Assembly: GCA_037133495.1 (NCBI GenBank)
Contig: JBAXOA010000009.1
Location: 1,191-65,190 of the forward strand
Length of the DNA stretch: 64,000 nucleotides
Reading direction: 5' to 3'
Source of the DNA: Mariniphaga sp.
GTDB taxonomy: Bacteria; Bacteroidota; Bacteroidia; Bacteroidales; Prolixibacteraceae
Shown: one piece after another, positions 48,614 through 58,931 of the stretch
Layout of the letters: every line of letters begins with the position of its first letter
How positions within the stretch are numbered: position 1 is the stretch's first letter
Notes under the pieces: model-generated
Told to the model about the DNA's origin: nothing
The model's input: the letters and a program-made list of their open reading frames with translations, nothing else
The model's database searches: none
Program-made: the position numbers and the translations under genes

Positions 48614-49666
48614 TCAGAAGATAAGCCGATAACTTAAGCCATATCCATTTTGCCCGAAAAACAAAGGGGTTAAAGAAGAGTGATAGCCAGTTAATGTTGA
48701 TTTTTTGTGAATTATTTTCTGCCCACGGCTCAAGGCTATTTTTCCACAAGTATAACCGATTGCAATAGCCACCGGATAGTCTCCCATCCAATGAACGCCG
48801 TTATTCATCATTGCATAACCAAGAATTCCCATCAGAGAGTAACCCACCGGTTTAATAAACTTACTGGAGGGGTAATTACCTGCTAAAATGGTGACTGTTG
48901 CCATTATTGTAGCGAGATGCCCCGAAGGAAAAGCATCGTAATTGGAAACATCGCCCTGATAAACAGATGGTTTAGTGAAAGGATGCCACGCTCCGCCCGC
49001 CTGGGTTGAATTAAAAGGACTTTGACGACCGGTGATACGCTTTAAAGCCTGGGTTGTAACAGCCAGGGTAAAAAACATTTCGGCCAGTTGTGAGGATGTC
49101 TGCCGCGCCCGGTAATCATTTGAAAAAATGCCATAGCCATAAAAACTGCCTGCTACCAGAATACTAGGCCAGCCTTCGCCAATAAAATAAAATGCCGAGT
49201 TAAGGTTGCGCGGGATATCGAGTACCGGAACAGCAAAGTTCCCGATTTTAAAGGAGATAGCACGGGTAAATTTTCGCTGAGGATCAAGATGAATAAACCT
49301 CCCAAATTGCTGTGCAGCATCCAATAGCGGTTGGTCGAATGCCACGATAACACCTGTAGCTCCGAGTAATAATCCGAGCTTTGGAAGATTCTTTTTGGCA
49401 ACGGTAATCTTCGCAAACTTTCCAATATCGGAAGGAACATTAGTAATAAATTCGAAAGGACGAGGCTTGTAATAAATGATAGATTCTGAAGGACTAACCG
49501 GACCAATCTGAGCTTTAATTAACCTCTCTGTATCCTTGTAGGTTTTATAAACCAAAGTGTCCTTGCCTTTGAAATTTTCAACCGCAATTAAATGCTTTGA
49601 ACTAAAATGAATAACAACGAAAATTATCAGCCATCTTAATTTCACGAAATTAAACTTTATTCTCAT
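48614..49666 (-). CDS. PAP2 superfamily phosphatase (membrane-associated)
   Basis: PAP2 motifs: K…RP-like region (LKRITGRQSP), PSGH (FPSGHLAT), and distal H…D (VHWMGDY). The start overlaps the upstream gene stop by 4 nt. Confidence 0.8.
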   Translation of the reverse strand: MRIKFNFVKLRWLIIFVVIHFSSKHLIAVENFKGKDTLVYKTYKDTERLIKAQIGPVSPSESIIYYKPRPFEFITNVPSDIGKFAKITVAKKNLPKLGLLLGATGVIVAFDQPLLDAAQQFGRFIHLDPQRKFTRAISFKIGNFAVPVLDIPRNLNSAFYFIGEGWPSILVAGSFYGYGIFSNDYRARQTSSQLAEMFFTLAVTTQALKRITGRQSPFNSTQAGGAWHPFTKPSVYQGDVSNYDAFPSGHLATIMATVTILAGNYPSSKFIKPVGYSLMGILGYAMMNNGVHWMGDYPVAIAIGYTCGKIALSRGQKIIHKKSTLTGYHSSLTPLFFGQNGYGLSYRLIF

Positions 49667-51648
49667 TTATTATTCCATTTATTCAAGCGTTCTCTATGAA
49701 CATAACTAGCAGATTGATAATATGTTACTGCATCATTAAGCGATTCTTCATCTGCTGTCTGTCGTTCAATAGCCCCGCTATGGCGATCAATTTTATAGGA
49801 TGTAACTTTTTGTTGGGGACTGAGAATTGTCAACCGGTTATTTTTTATAAAACCTAACCTTTGATAATTGGCAATGAAAGCTCTTTCATCTTCGGGTTTC
49901 ATTTTCAGAATATCCTTACCAAAGAATTTACTTTCGTATTTCCAGTTTAACAGACCTAATAATGTTGGTGCCACATCAATCTGACCAGATAATTTGTCGA
50001 TTTTTTGTGGAGAAATAATAGCAGGATTATAGATGATCAGCGGAATCTGATATTCCATAAACGGCAGTTCGGTTTGTCCAGCGCTTCCGGCACAGTGATC
50101 GGCCATAATCACAACAAGTGTGTTTTTAAACCATGGTTTCGCACTTGCTTTGCGGATAAATTCAGCAATTGCAAAATCACAATACTTTACCGCTCCTTCG
50201 CGGTTTTTACCTGATTCGATGTCGATCATCCCTTCCGGGTAGGTGAATGGCCTGTGGTTCGAAGTAGTCATTGCCAGATTAAGAAAAGGTTTTCCCGCGG
50301 CGTAAGAGAGATCGGCTTCTTTGAGTGTTCTATTGAATAAATCCTGATCGCAGACGCCCCAGGCATTTGAAAAAGTCACTTCTTTATCTGACATAACTGC
50401 ATGGTCAACAATATTATATCCATTATTTCCAAAGAAATAATTCATATTATCGAAATAACCATATCCTCCGTAAATAAATTTAAGATCGTAACCGCGTGAT
50501 TTAAAAATTTGTCCCATGGAAAACATGTTTTCGCTGTTTGGACGTTTGATGACACTCTGGCCAGGTTTGGGAGGAGCTGATAGGGCAACGGCTTCGAGTC
50601 CCCAGATAGTACGCGTTCCTACGGCATAAAAATTAGTAAAAAACAGCGATTTATTTACCAGGGTATCGAGGTTTGGAGTAATTTTTCCCTTTTTACTTCC
50701 AAGATATTCCATATACTCGCCGCTAAGGCTCTCAACGGTGATAAACAAAACATTGTATTTTTTCTCTTCCCCGTCATTCGAGATCATGCGGGTGATATCA
50801 GTCAGCTCATTGGTTTTGTATTCTGAATTATCAGTCTTGAGAAGATCACGCAAGTGTTTAAAATTCTGATCGTTGTTATTCGATTTATAGAAAGTCCCGT
50901 AATCCAGCTCATTATTTAAAAAGGCAGCAAAAAGAGAATAAATCCCATTTTTTGAAAGTTCATTATTATACCGGTTTGGCGTCTTTTCAGCCCAACTGTA
51001 ATTGACGACAGAGTAAGAAAGAAGCGGCAATATCAATAATGCCAATCCGGTGGTCATTCTGGCCTTAATACTGCTTTTACTCATCATAGAGGCTTCCAGT
51101 AATTTCCTTTTAAGTATCAGGTAAATAATCATCAGATCAGCCAACAGAATGGAGCCTATCAGTAGTGGAATAGGATACGATTCCCAAAGGTTGGTAAGCA
51201 CTTCGGTAGTGTAAACCAGGTAATCGACAGCGATAAAATTGTAACGCACACCAAATTCCTCCCAGAAAAAATATTCTGAAACGCCATTGAAAAGGAGGAT
51301 ATAAAAAGTAACGAAGTAAAAGAAATAGGCCATCCATTTGTAAAAAGGTGAATGTAAAAACCTATCCGATACCATCATAAGAAAAATCACGAACGGAATT
51401 ATAAAGTAGGAATAGGCTACTGTATCAAAGAACAATCCGAGCAGGTAGAAATTAAGCAGACTGAAAATTCCGGTATTTACTTCCGTAAATGACATACCAA
51501 AAAGAACAGTACGACTCAGAAAAGAGATACTCACAAATAAAATGTAAACCAGCAGAATACCGCCAAAACGATTATTAAGTCCTTTTTTAATCATAGACAA
51601 ATATTTGAAAACAGGGAATACTGTAAATATATGAAACACCCTCGTCAT
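49663..51648 (-). CDS. LTA synthase / phosphoglycerol-phosphoethanolamine transferase family (sulfatase-fold) membrane protein
   Basis: Five N-terminal TM helices followed by an extracellular alkaline-phosphatase-fold domain (FITVESLS…, GTRT…, MTTSNHRPF, IMADH). An alternative start is MIKKGL at 51594. Confidence 0.85.
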   Translation of the reverse strand: MTRVFHIFTVFPVFKYLSMIKKGLNNRFGGILLVYILFVSISFLSRTVLFGMSFTEVNTGIFSLLNFYLLGLFFDTVAYSYFIIPFVIFLMMVSDRFLHSPFYKWMAYFFYFVTFYILLFNGVSEYFFWEEFGVRYNFIAVDYLVYTTEVLTNLWESYPIPLLIGSILLADLMIIYLILKRKLLEASMMSKSSIKARMTTGLALLILPLLSYSVVNYSWAEKTPNRYNNELSKNGIYSLFAAFLNNELDYGTFYKSNNNDQNFKHLRDLLKTDNSEYKTNELTDITRMISNDGEEKKYNVLFITVESLSGEYMEYLGSKKGKITPNLDTLVNKSLFFTNFYAVGTRTIWGLEAVALSAPPKPGQSVIKRPNSENMFSMGQIFKSRGYDLKFIYGGYGYFDNMNYFFGNNGYNIVDHAVMSDKEVTFSNAWGVCDQDLFNRTLKEADLSYAAGKPFLNLAMTTSNHRPFTYPEGMIDIESGKNREGAVKYCDFAIAEFIRKASAKPWFKNTLVVIMADHCAGSAGQTELPFMEYQIPLIIYNPAIISPQKIDKLSGQIDVAPTLLGLLNWKYESKFFGKDILKMKPEDERAFIANYQRLGFIKNNRLTILSPQQKVTSYKIDRHSGAIERQTADEESLNDAVTYYQSASYVHRERLNKWNNK

Positions 51649-51820
51649 TTGGGAAAACCATCATTAACAGGTTTCTAAAACACCAGTATTTGATGAACAT
51701 GCAAATATATAACCCTTTCACGATAATGACAAGCCATTTAATTCGAGAAAATCAGCTAATTATTTTTATAGTTCGGTTCATAGATGTATTTTTGCGATTA
51801 ATTACCGATCTGAAATTTCT

Positions 51821-52714
51821 ATGAATCAATCATTTGCAAGAGAAAAGATTTTATTCATCATCAATCCTGTTTCAGGAACCAAGTACAAAGGACATTTACC
51901 GGAATTAATTAAAAGGCTGATAGACACATCTATTTTTGATGCCGAAGTGATCTTCTCAAAGTATAAGGGGGAGGCGACTGAGATAGTTGTCCGGAAATCA
52001 GGTGAAGGATATCGGTATTTTGTTGCTGTCGGAGGCGATGGAACCGTCAATGAAATCGCAAAAGCGCTGATCAATACCGAGGCGATCCTGGGAATCCTCC
52101 CGATAGGATCAGGCAACGGGCTTGCGCGACATCTTTGCATTCCCTTGCAACCCGAAAATGCCATTCAGCTCATCAACAAACAGAAGATTCAGACAATCGA
52201 TTACGGAATGATTAATAATGTACCATTTTTTTGTACCTGCGGAGTTGGATTTGATGCTCTGATTGGTGAAAAATTTGCACAAAGCAAGGGAAGAGGACTG
52301 TATAACTATTTTAAAACTACAGTAATGGAGTTTTACAATTATAAACCGGAGAATTATAAAATCACGATAGATAACCAACCTTCAATACATCGTACTGCTT
52401 TCTTAATCACAGTTGCTAATGCCTCCCAATATGGGAATAATGCCTACATCGCTCCCGATGCTGATTTATGTGATAATCAGCTCGACATTTGCATCCTCTC
52501 TCCTTTCCGGTTATACCAGGCTCCTGTAATTGGAATAAGGTTATTCCTGAAAAACATCAACAAGAGTCCGCTCATGTATAACCAAAGAGCAAATAAAATA
52601 CGGTTGGAAAGAGCATCAGAAGGTGTCATTCATTTTGACGGTGAACCGGTCCGGATGGAAAGAACGTTGGATTTATCAGTGATCAATAAAGGTTTAAATG
52701 TCATTATCCCATAA
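51821..52714 (+). CDS. Diacylglycerol kinase-family lipid kinase (YegS/BmrU-like)
   Basis: INPVSG…, the GGDGTVNE motif, and LPIGSGNGLA. Confidence 0.9.
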   Translation: MNQSFAREKILFIINPVSGTKYKGHLPELIKRLIDTSIFDAEVIFSKYKGEATEIVVRKSGEGYRYFVAVGGDGTVNEIAKALINTEAILGILPIGSGNGLARHLCIPLQPENAIQLINKQKIQTIDYGMINNVPFFCTCGVGFDALIGEKFAQSKGRGLYNYFKTTVMEFYNYKPENYKITIDNQPSIHRTAFLITVANASQYGNNAYIAPDADLCDNQLDICILSPFRLYQAPVIGIRLFLKNINKSPLMYNQRANKIRLERASEGVIHFDGEPVRMERTLDLSVINKGLNVIIP

Positions 52715-52726
52715 AAAATAATTGTG

Positions 52727-55174
52727 CTAATCAAATCTGAGTGAGTCACTTGGATCTGAGTCAATGGTATGCCATAATTGCCTGTAAATCGTAAAAACAG
52801 CCACAACGAAGACGGCAATAAAAACAATGAGATAGTTCGTAAAACTCAGGGATACATGATAAGCAAACCGGTTAAGCCAATAATAAGAGAGCATGAATGC
52901 GATTGGCAAAGCAATTATCCCGGAGATCGTTATTAATCTAAGCACTTCTTTTGACAACAGCATCACCAGTTCTTTAGTTCCTGCTCCAAGAACTTTACGA
53001 ATTCCAATTTCCTTTGTCCGGTAAATGGTGGTCAATGCCAATAAGGAATATAGTCCCATACACGCAATAAATATGGCAAAGAATGAAAAAACGACCGCAA
53101 CCTGACCGGTAGATTTTTCTTCTTTATATAATTCGCTTAAACTTTCATTCAAAGAAAAATGAGAAAATGGAATATTTGGATATGCTTTATCCAAAGATTT
53201 TCTTACGACATTAATCATTTCATTTCCTACAGGTTTTGTGAACCTGATCGTTGCAAATTTAATATGCTCTGCTGCACCGGGGAATATAATAAGCGGCTGA
53301 ATTTTTGTGTGTAATGACTCAAAATTAAAATTTTCAACTACCCCTTTTATAATCAGGCAGTTTGTAGTTGCATCGGGATTGATCCTGTATATTGTTGAGC
53401 CTATTGGATCCTTCAGGCTAAGGTATTTCACAGCTTCTTCGTTAATAATAACATCAACCGTATCTTTTGATAAATATTTTTGTTTATTAAAATCTCCTTT
53501 GGAGAGCTTCATGCCATAAGTGCTGAAGAATAAAGAATCGGTGGCCATAACATACATCAGCAAATTACTTGACCGGTCATTACCGTTTTGAACACTTTGC
53601 ATTCCCATTACCTGACCGGGAACGGCACTTGAATAACTGACATTTTCAACATCTTTTAATGTCATTAATGTTTTTCGAAAATCGTTTTCATCTCCTTCTA
53701 ACCCTATTATATTTTGAATAACAAAAAGGCGTTCCTTCTGAAATCCGACCCCTTTTTGCTGAACAAACCGAAGCTGACGATATATTGTTGACGTAGAATA
53801 GATAATAACCAGAGAGAAAACAAATTGAATAATAACCAATAAGCCCCGAAGCCCCTTACCTCCAATACTAAATTGCCTTTGCTGACTTAAGATCGTTGCC
53901 GGACTAAAGCGCACGATATAAAATGCCGGATAAATTCCTGCAATCACTCCGGTGACGAATGTGACACAAAAAATAACCGGCGAGAGTTTAAACAAAAGCA
54001 GCTGAATATTCAAAACTGTATTTTTCTCAATCAGGTTGGTATTTGGATAAACCAATTCAACAATAACCAAGGCAAAAAAGAGTGAGATAAAACTGATCGT
54101 AACAGATTCTGCCAATAATTGCAAGGACAATTCCCGCCTTTGAGATCCCAGAATTTTGCGAATTCCAATTTCCCGCACCCTTCCGGCCAATCGCGCTGTT
54201 GATAAATTGGCATAATTAATACATGCTATCAGGATAATAAGAATTGATATACCCGCAATAATCAAGAGTGTCTGAATATTTACATTTTGGGAATTTTCAT
54301 ATTTAAGATGAGAAAACAAATGAATATCAGCAACTTTCTGAAGCCTAAGAACAAAATACTCATCCTTTTCCTTCATCTGCTTTATCGTTAATCCCATTGT
54401 TTTTTCCAGGTCGGCACCGGCCTCATGTAAAAAACCTTTAAGTAATTTATCTTCCATTGCCGACAAGCCGAGATAAGCAGAGTCAGCCGGCTCAGATAAA
54501 TCGGTACCTTCCTTAAACCGGTAATAAGTATAAAGGTAAAGCGAAGTCCACCCAAGATCGGGTAGAATAACAGATGAAAGCGAGACCAGCGATTTATAAC
54601 TCAGATGAGAATTAGCCGGACAATCTTCCACAATTCCGGTTACCGTCCATTTTTTGTCGTTTTCGACTGTCAGTATTTTGCCTAAAGCACCACCTGGAAA
54701 CAACTGATTTGCAACTGATTTCGAGAGGACAATTGAACGTGGCTTGTTAAGACAAGTCGTGGGATCTCCTTCAAGCAATTTAAACCCAAAAATATCGAAG
54801 AAAGTAGAATCGACATACAACAGCGTTCTGCGGTCAATCTGTGTTACAACTGGTGCTATAACCGGAATATCGCGGTCATTTTTAAAGATTCGGCACGCTT
54901 GCTCAATTTCCGGAACAAAAGGCTTTAAACCAAATGCGAACATTGGTGAGGAGACGGCAACTTTAGATTCCAATCCACCTAATTTTGAATCGAGATAAAC
55001 CCGGCATAAACGGTCTGATTCAGGATGAAAGGAATCAAATTTCGACTGCTCCCAAATGTAAACCATCACCATAATGGCACATGCCATCCCTACTGCAAGA
55101 CCAAAAACATTTATAATAAAATATTCTTTGTTTCGCAGCAGATTTCGAACAGCAGATAAAAGGTAATTTTTCAT
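52727..55174 (-). CDS. FtsX/MacB-type ABC transporter permease (duplicated FtsX module, 815 aa)
   Basis: Two MacB-like periplasmic domains, each followed by a 3-TM FtsX module (…EIGIRK.LG…). Confidence 0.9.
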   Translation of the reverse strand: MKNYLLSAVRNLLRNKEYFIINVFGLAVGMACAIMVMVYIWEQSKFDSFHPESDRLCRVYLDSKLGGLESKVAVSSPMFAFGLKPFVPEIEQACRIFKNDRDIPVIAPVVTQIDRRTLLYVDSTFFDIFGFKLLEGDPTTCLNKPRSIVLSKSVANQLFPGGALGKILTVENDKKWTVTGIVEDCPANSHLSYKSLVSLSSVILPDLGWTSLYLYTYYRFKEGTDLSEPADSAYLGLSAMEDKLLKGFLHEAGADLEKTMGLTIKQMKEKDEYFVLRLQKVADIHLFSHLKYENSQNVNIQTLLIIAGISILIILIACINYANLSTARLAGRVREIGIRKILGSQRRELSLQLLAESVTISFISLFFALVIVELVYPNTNLIEKNTVLNIQLLLFKLSPVIFCVTFVTGVIAGIYPAFYIVRFSPATILSQQRQFSIGGKGLRGLLVIIQFVFSLVIIYSTSTIYRQLRFVQQKGVGFQKERLFVIQNIIGLEGDENDFRKTLMTLKDVENVSYSSAVPGQVMGMQSVQNGNDRSSNLLMYVMATDSLFFSTYGMKLSKGDFNKQKYLSKDTVDVIINEEAVKYLSLKDPIGSTIYRINPDATTNCLIIKGVVENFNFESLHTKIQPLIIFPGAAEHIKFATIRFTKPVGNEMINVVRKSLDKAYPNIPFSHFSLNESLSELYKEEKSTGQVAVVFSFFAIFIACMGLYSLLALTTIYRTKEIGIRKVLGAGTKELVMLLSKEVLRLITISGIIALPIAFMLSYYWLNRFAYHVSLSFTNYLIVFIAVFVVAVFTIYRQLWHTIDSDPSDSLRFD

Positions 55175-55181
55175 GACGAAA

Positions 55182-55874
55182 TTACAAATTGGATGCAGTT
55201 CGTGAATAACTTTCTGTTACTACATGACCATCGAAGAGGTGAATAATCCTCTGCGAACGCTGAGCCTGCATCAATGAGTGCGTAACCATTATGATAGTAG
55301 TTCCTTCTTCGTTGAGCCTGATCAATAGCTGCATAATATCCTCCCCATGTGCTGAATCAAGATTTCCGGTAGGCTCATCAGCAAGAATTATTCGTGCTTT
55401 TGCAATTACAGCACGCGCCACTGCAACGCTCTGTTGCTGACCTCCTGAAAGTTCATTCGGGAAATAATCGGCACGATGTTTCAGGTTAAATTTTTCCAAT
55501 ATCTGATTAACGCTTTGATTCCGTTCAGCAGGAGTTATCTTTTTGTAGATAAGTGGCAATTCTATATTTTCACGCACTGTGAGGTCATCGATTAAATTAA
55601 ATCGCTGAAAAACAAATGCGAAATTGGATTTCCTAAGATCAGTCCGGTTTCTTTCGGAAATATCGGAAACCAAATTCCCATCCAGCAACAATTTTCCTGA
55701 ACTCGGTGTATCAATTAAACCAATGATATTTAGCAGAGATGTCTTTCCGCATCCCGAAGGGCCCATAATACTTACGAACTCGCCATCTGCCACAGATAAA
55801 TTGATATTACTAAGTGCCTTAGTCTCAACATCTTTATTACGGAAGACTTTCCCAATATCAATTAATTCTATCAT
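55182..55874 (-). CDS. ABC transporter ATP-binding protein (MacB/LolD-like)
   Basis: Walker A GPSGCGKTS, Q-loop, signature LSGGQQQ, Walker B ILADEPTGNLD, and H-loop VTHS. Confidence 0.94.
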   Translation of the reverse strand: MIELIDIGKVFRNKDVETKALSNINLSVADGEFVSIMGPSGCGKTSLLNIIGLIDTPSSGKLLLDGNLVSDISERNRTDLRKSNFAFVFQRFNLIDDLTVRENIELPLIYKKITPAERNQSVNQILEKFNLKHRADYFPNELSGGQQQSVAVARAVIAKARIILADEPTGNLDSAHGEDIMQLLIRLNEEGTTIIMVTHSLMQAQRSQRIIHLFDGHVVTESYSRTASNL

Positions 55875-56006
55875 ATCTGAGTAAAAAAGCAGTTCTAAAA
55901 TGACCTAATCAATGCAACTTTGTTTAAGTCATAAATCGTACCATTCATGCAATAACTTAATTTCGTGCCGTTTACGATACAACAGCAAAAATAAATTGTC
56001 CGTATC

Positions 56007-56037
56007 CGTACATTTAATGACCGATTTCGTACATTTA
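56007..56037. promoter_or_regulatory. Direct repeat cgtacattta x2 with 21-bp period in a divergent promoter region (candidate regulator binding site)
   Basis: Identical 10-mers at 56007-56016 and 56028-56037, between the divergent ABC operon and the sigma-54 activator gene. Confidence 0.3.
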
Positions 56038-56190
56038 CTTTTTATATAACAGGATATGCAAATTGTTTCAAAGATGAAATATACCAATCATTATTGTAGA
56101 TTGCAAGTTTATAAAAACAGGAATGATTTGCAATCGCAATTTTTCAATGATTGTGGCCTGGTGTTTGTGATTCAATTTTAAAAAAGTATT

Positions 56191-57564
56191 ATGGTTAAAA
56201 TGGGCAAAATTCTTGCAATTGATGACAATGAGGACATTCTTTTCTCACTTAGACTTCTTCTGAAGCCTCATGTTGAAAAAATAATAACCTCAAATATCGC
56301 CACCTCAATCCCTGAATTACTTAAAAATGAAGATTTTGACGTAATCCTGCTTGACATGAATTTCACTAAAGATGCTATCAGCGGACAGGAAGGGTTCTTT
56401 TGGCTCAAAAAAATTCTTGAAATTGATCCTTCGGCAGTGGTTCTGTTTATTACAGCTTACGGTGATATTGAAAAAAGCGTCCGTGCAATTAAAGAGGGTG
56501 CATCAGACTTTATTCTTAAGCCCTGGCAAAACGAGAAGCTATTGGCAACTTTAAATTCGGCAATGAATCTGCGAAAATCGAAAATGGAGATTGAGCAACT
56601 TAAAAGCCGGGCCAAAGCAATCAATAATATGATGAACCGGACGTTCAAAGATTTTATTGGAAATTCGGTTGAGATGCAAAAAGTTTACAACTCAATTTCG
56701 AAAGTAGCTACTACTGATGCGAGCGTTTTGATATTAGGAGAGAATGGCACAGGCAAAGAATTGGTTGCAAGGGCATTACACCAAAATTCAAGCCGATCAG
56801 ATGAAACTTTTATCAGTGTGGATTTAACGTCGATTAGTGAATCTCTTTTCGAAAGCGAGCTTTTTGGTCATACAAAAGGCTCATTTACGGATGCCAAAGC
56901 CGACAGACCCGGTCGTTTCGAAATTGCAGCAGGCGGAACGCTGTTTCTAGACGAGATCGGTAATCTGCCAATGCCACTCCAGGCCAAAATACTAACGGTA
57001 CTCGAACGACGGGAAGTGATCAGAGTTGGATCAAATAAACCCATTCCTATTGATATCCGTCTGATCTGCGCTACGAATATGCCACTTCATCAAATGATTG
57101 AAGAGGGAAAATTCAGGCAGGATTTGTTATATCGGATCAACACTGTTGAAATAGATCTGCCTCCTCTTCGCGAACGATATGGCGATGTTCCATTGCTTGC
57201 TGTTCACTTTTTCCAGATTTACGCAAAAAAATACAAGAAACAGCTGCGTGGATTTACCAAAGAAGCAATGAAGCGACTCGAAGAATCAGGATGGCCGGGT
57301 AATGTCAGAGAATTACAACATGTAATTGAACGGGCAGTAATTATGACAGAATCCGAATGGGTTAATCCCAATGACTTACAAATGAGAATATTAAACAAAA
57401 CGAGTGATGATTTGGAATTAGATAATTATGACCTTGAAAAAGTTGAAAAAACAATTATAATAAAAGTAATGAAAATGCATCAGGGAAATATTTCCAAAGC
57501 GGCAAGCGAACTTGGGCTAACCCGCACTTCACTTTATCGAAGAATGGAAAAATATGGGCTCTAA
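56191..57564 (+). CDS. Sigma-54-dependent response regulator (NtrC family: REC + AAA+ + Fis-type HTH)
   Basis: REC with DVILLDMNF; AAA+ with GENGTGKE, ESELFGH, GSFTDA (GAFTGA variant) and LFLDEIG; C-terminal HTH. An alternative start is MGKIL at 56200. Confidence 0.93.
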   Translation: MVKMGKILAIDDNEDILFSLRLLLKPHVEKIITSNIATSIPELLKNEDFDVILLDMNFTKDAISGQEGFFWLKKILEIDPSAVVLFITAYGDIEKSVRAIKEGASDFILKPWQNEKLLATLNSAMNLRKSKMEIEQLKSRAKAINNMMNRTFKDFIGNSVEMQKVYNSISKVATTDASVLILGENGTGKELVARALHQNSSRSDETFISVDLTSISESLFESELFGHTKGSFTDAKADRPGRFEIAAGGTLFLDEIGNLPMPLQAKILTVLERREVIRVGSNKPIPIDIRLICATNMPLHQMIEEGKFRQDLLYRINTVEIDLPPLRERYGDVPLLAVHFFQIYAKKYKKQLRGFTKEAMKRLEESGWPGNVRELQHVIERAVIMTESEWVNPNDLQMRILNKTSDDLELDNYDLEKVEKTIIIKVMKMHQGNISKAASELGLTRTSLYRRMEKYGL

Positions 57565-58915
57565 AAATTTTAGAATATCACTTTTTATCAGAGTACTGGC
57601 AATAGTTTTCAATGCCTTTGTGATCATGTGGCTGCTTTTTTCAACCAGCTATTATTTCACAATGTCTTTGGCTGTTGGAATTGCCATCTATCAGGTTGTA
57701 ATACTGATACAATTTGTTGAAACGACCAATACGCTGTTAACCAACTTTTTGGAATCTCTGAGATATTCTGATTTTTCACGAACATTCGAGATTAAGGGTC
57801 TTGGGCATTCATTCGACCGTTTGACAGAATCTTTTAATGTAGTGATCAACGACTTTAGAAAAGTCAGAGAAGAACGCGAACAAAACTTCTTTTACCTGGA
57901 AACTGTAGTTGAACATATCGGCATCGCACTGATTAGCTATCGCGAAAATGGTGCTGTTGAACTAATTAATAATTCTACAAAAAAACTCTTCAAAATAACA
58001 AATCTTAAAAATTTAAGCGAACTCGAAGGCTTTTCTTCTGAACTTGTCTCTAAATTAATGACCATCACCAACGGGGAAAGTATTATGGTGAAAATCCAGA
58101 AACAAGACACACTCCTTCAGCTGGCAATTTTTGTGACTGAATTTAAAGTCGCCGACCGGCTAATCCGAATGGCTTCTATTAAAGATATCCAGAATGAGCT
58201 GGAAGAGAATGAAATGGAAAGCTGGCAAAAACTTATCCGGGTACTAACTCATGAAATAATGAATTCAATTACGCCTATTGCGTCAATTACTCAAACACTA
58301 AATTACATGATCAAGGATGTAAGATCAACTTACACCAATGCATTTCAGGATGAAGGAGAGCATCAGGCTATCGAAGAAATTGCGCTTGCAATTGAGACCA
58401 TCCATAAAAGAAGTATCGGGCTACTCCATTTTGTGGAATCGTACCGGGATCTCACACGCATCCCTACGCCTAAATTTACCATCTTTTCAGTGCAAACACT
58501 ATTCGAAAATCTGATGGGATTAATGAAAAAAGAAATGCATAACCTTAACATTCAATGTACTACAATTATAATTCCAGAAAATCTTGAACTTTCAGCCGAT
58601 GAACAATTAATAGAGCAAGTATTAATCAACCTTCTGAAAAATGCAATTCAGGCACTCGGGAAAACAGAAAATCCACAAATCGAACTGAAAGCTTTTACAG
58701 ATATTAACGGGAAAATAAATATTCAGGTTTCTGATAATGGACAAGGAATTATTCCGGAAGTGCTGGATAAGGTATTTGTTCCATTTTTCACAACTAAACC
58801 AAAAGGTTCCGGAATAGGACTTAGCCTGTCACGCCAAATCCTTCGGCTTCATGGAGGAACTTTAACCGCACACTCCGAACCGGATAAACATACCGCATTC
58901 ATTTTAAAATTCTGA
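57554..58915 (+). CDS. Membrane sensor histidine kinase (cognate partner of the NtrC-type regulator)
   Basis: Two N-terminal TM helices, H-box LTHEIMNSITPI, N-box LINLLKNA, and G-boxes DNGQGI / GSGIGLSLS. Overlaps the upstream gene by 11 nt. Confidence 0.9.
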   Translation: MGSKNFRISLFIRVLAIVFNAFVIMWLLFSTSYYFTMSLAVGIAIYQVVILIQFVETTNTLLTNFLESLRYSDFSRTFEIKGLGHSFDRLTESFNVVINDFRKVREEREQNFFYLETVVEHIGIALISYRENGAVELINNSTKKLFKITNLKNLSELEGFSSELVSKLMTITNGESIMVKIQKQDTLLQLAIFVTEFKVADRLIRMASIKDIQNELEENEMESWQKLIRVLTHEIMNSITPIASITQTLNYMIKDVRSTYTNAFQDEGEHQAIEEIALAIETIHKRSIGLLHFVESYRDLTRIPTPKFTIFSVQTLFENLMGLMKKEMHNLNIQCTTIIIPENLELSADEQLIEQVLINLLKNAIQALGKTENPQIELKAFTDINGKINIQVSDNGQGIIPEVLDKVFVPFFTTKPKGSGIGLSLSRQILRLHGGTLTAHSEPDKHTAFILKF

Positions 58916-58931
58916 TCTTCATATAAATACA

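Noticed and set aside
55937-55975. Sigma-54 promoter driving the MacB-type ABC operon (GGCAC on the minus strand at 55965-55969).
   Set aside because: The nearest GC(A) downstream on that strand is about 17 nt from the GG rather than the required ~10 nt, so -24/-12 geometry is not met.
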